Positions 62,153-64,000 of a stretch of DNA of 64,000 nucleotides are shown one piece after another (the first letter of the stretch is position 1; the number at the start of each line of letters is the position of its first letter). The notes under the pieces are model-generated. The model did not search any database. It was not told where the DNA came from and saw nothing but the letters and a program-made list of their open reading frames with translations. The DNA is from the human T2T-CHM13v2.0 reference genome, Homo sapiens, in NCBI RefSeq assembly GCF_009914755.1, contig NC_060926.1; one strand, 5' to 3'. A program made the translations under genes and the position numbers.

Positions 62153-62963
62153 AGTAACATTAACAGAAATTCTTTTTACACCTACACTGAAAAGGTACAA
62201 TCAATGTATCAAGCTCATCAGTTTGTCATCATGTATTTGGAACATCCTATCCCCCTAGAAAGAACACAGTGATGACCTTATCAATTTTTTCACTAGCCTA
62301 ATTGGAGCACAGGAAGACAGAAGTAAAGTGAAGAAGGAAAGGTAATAATATCCTTATGGAACAAAACTGGTAGACAGAAAGTATGTGTTTTTTTTTTCAC
62401 ACACAGTTTCTCAACTGCTAACATTTTTCCCTTTCTTGTTGGACCTATTTAAAACAGAAATTCAGTGTTACTAAAGCAGAGAAAGTACAAGTCAATTTGG
62501 CACCTGGCGGAAAGTTTTCAAAGTAAAATGCCAAGGATATCAAGAACTAGTTTTTCAAAAATTGCATAAGATGCTAGCAGCAATTGGCATAAAGTATACT
62601 GCACTGGGAATACCTCTGTATAGTTTAAAGCTAAAAATGTACTCTTTACAAGTTTCCTTACATCTATACTGAGTCATTCAATGAGAAACTTATTAAACAG
62701 TCTAGAAGCAATATTTCGTAAAAGAAAAAGAGTGTGGGCCTATCTCTTCTTTCAAGGGCCCTCGATGTGGGAAGTAAGTTTATAATACCAGAAGTGTCCC
62801 ACTGTATCTTTTCAGAAAGCTGACCTTGGTAACAGTTTGCATCACTAATTCCATAAAGTAAAGAAGCAGGCTGCTTTACTTCACAATGTATACTGTGAGT
62901 AAAATCACATAGTTAAGACAAAGTTAACAAAAATAATTAACAGGATTTTCATAACCTACAAAC

Positions 62964-63215
62964 CTTGCCATTTGCAATAATCATGACTTCCAATCCAGTT
63001 GGTTTATCAAAAATGTCTTTTCCAATTTTTAGATCTTTCCTAGTTGGCAACTGGCGGTCTTTTTCTTCCATTATGTGGAAATTTCCAAACGGTGGTGGCC
63101 AGTTTTTTAACCAGTGCATAGCTGCCTCATTATTCTGTTCACTAATGCAAGAAGATTTGTTGACCAGATGTCTCTTCCTAGCTGCCAAAGGTGTACGCTG
63201 GTCCTCAGGATGAGC
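62964..63215 (-). CDS. Candidate internal coding exon (84 codons, phase 0-0) of an unidentified gene or pseudogene
   Basis: Acceptor ACTTAATTTTATTAG|, donor AAG|GTTTGT, 252 nt without a stop: AHPEDQRTPLAARKRHLVNK...NWPPPFGNFHIMEEKD...DKPTGLEVMIIANGK; non-repetitive; retains several CpGs. Confidence 0.45.
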
Positions 63216-63819
63216 CTAATAAAATTAAGTCTAGCAAGTGAGTCATCCATTAATACACTCCCAAGTCATGGTAGTGCACCCCAGAGTAAAATGCAAGAAG
63301 TTAAATCTTTTCACAGTGTTTGTAACATGGTAAACAAAGAATGATGGATTGGAGTGGTAAAGAAAGAGAAAAGAGTAACAGCAAACAGAACCAAAAATAG
63401 TAAAACATATGTCAAAGTGACAAATCATAGAAATAAGTGCAAACATAGAAAATGCATAACATTGTCTTTGTTCTAGCCATAGAATTTCTGCCAGTGAATA
63501 AAGTGATTCTTTGAAGCATTCTGTGTGCATCATAGTAAGGCTCCTTCCACCCTTGAATATATGAGTTCAGGTATTGAGAGGGGCCTGAGCTTATGATGAT
63601 CTCTTAAAATGGAAGTAAAAACAGACGTTTGCCTCATAAACAAGTGGATTTTTTAACCATTAGATTTTCACCAACTGAAGCCCTTAAAATTAAAATTAAT
63701 AGGATAGCTGCAGTTCAACCTAGCAAGCAGAAAAGAAGCAAGAAATGTAAAAGTAATAGAAAGAGGAGGAGGGGCAATCAAATATTATGTCTAGGCTAAG
63801 ATTTGACCAAAGGGGAGAG

Positions 63820-63982
63820 CAAGAACAGCTCCAGAATCTGTGGAATCCAGTGTAAAATAAAAATTCAAAGCCCCTTATCCAATAACTAGTAAGACTCAAG
63901 ATGGCAAGAGTAGAGCATTAAAGCAAGTGAGGAGCCCTTCTAAGTGCAGCACCTTATGCCACTGCACACAGGCGAAGCCCTA
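63820..63982. mobile_element. MER45A (hAT-Tip100 MITE)
   Basis: CCAGTGTAAAATAAAAAT..GCCCCTT...CAAGATGGC...AGAGCATTAAA.CAAG...GCCCTTCTAAG is colinear with recalled MER45A. Confidence 0.75.
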
Positions 63983-64000
63983 GAAGAGGGCATCCTCGGT

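Overview
Eukaryotic, primate (probably human or great ape) genomic DNA: AT-rich, CpG-depleted and dense in interspersed repeats. I found no intact, nameable protein-coding gene, rRNA/tRNA gene or CRISPR array. Almost all ORFs in the track are repeat-derived or chance. Main elements: (1) a full THE1-type MaLR (1518-3757) inside a HAL1; (2) a ~9.2 kb defective ERV1 provirus of the LTR9/HUERS-P3 type (24551-33733, with Pro PBS, gag, pro/pol and an env remnant), inserted in a MER63 DNA transposon and carrying two Alus; (3) a five-layer nest L2>LTR33>L1MA>LOR1>L1PA (42600-46545); (4) a 3.8 kb 5'-inverted (twin-primed) L1PA inside an LTR16A; (5) many Alu/MIR/L2/MER fragments. Non-repeat signals worth following up: a clean 252-nt open exon-like segment on the minus strand (62964-63215) plus several splice-bounded segments with few stops (possible decayed gene or lncRNA); a 44-bp-stem hairpin whose base coincides with minus-strand splice-site motifs (62063-62152); and a ~223-bp local templated duplication with inverted junction copies (36882-38785). 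Repeat family names come from recalled consensus sequences, not from a database search. I cannot support a claim of a new biological system.
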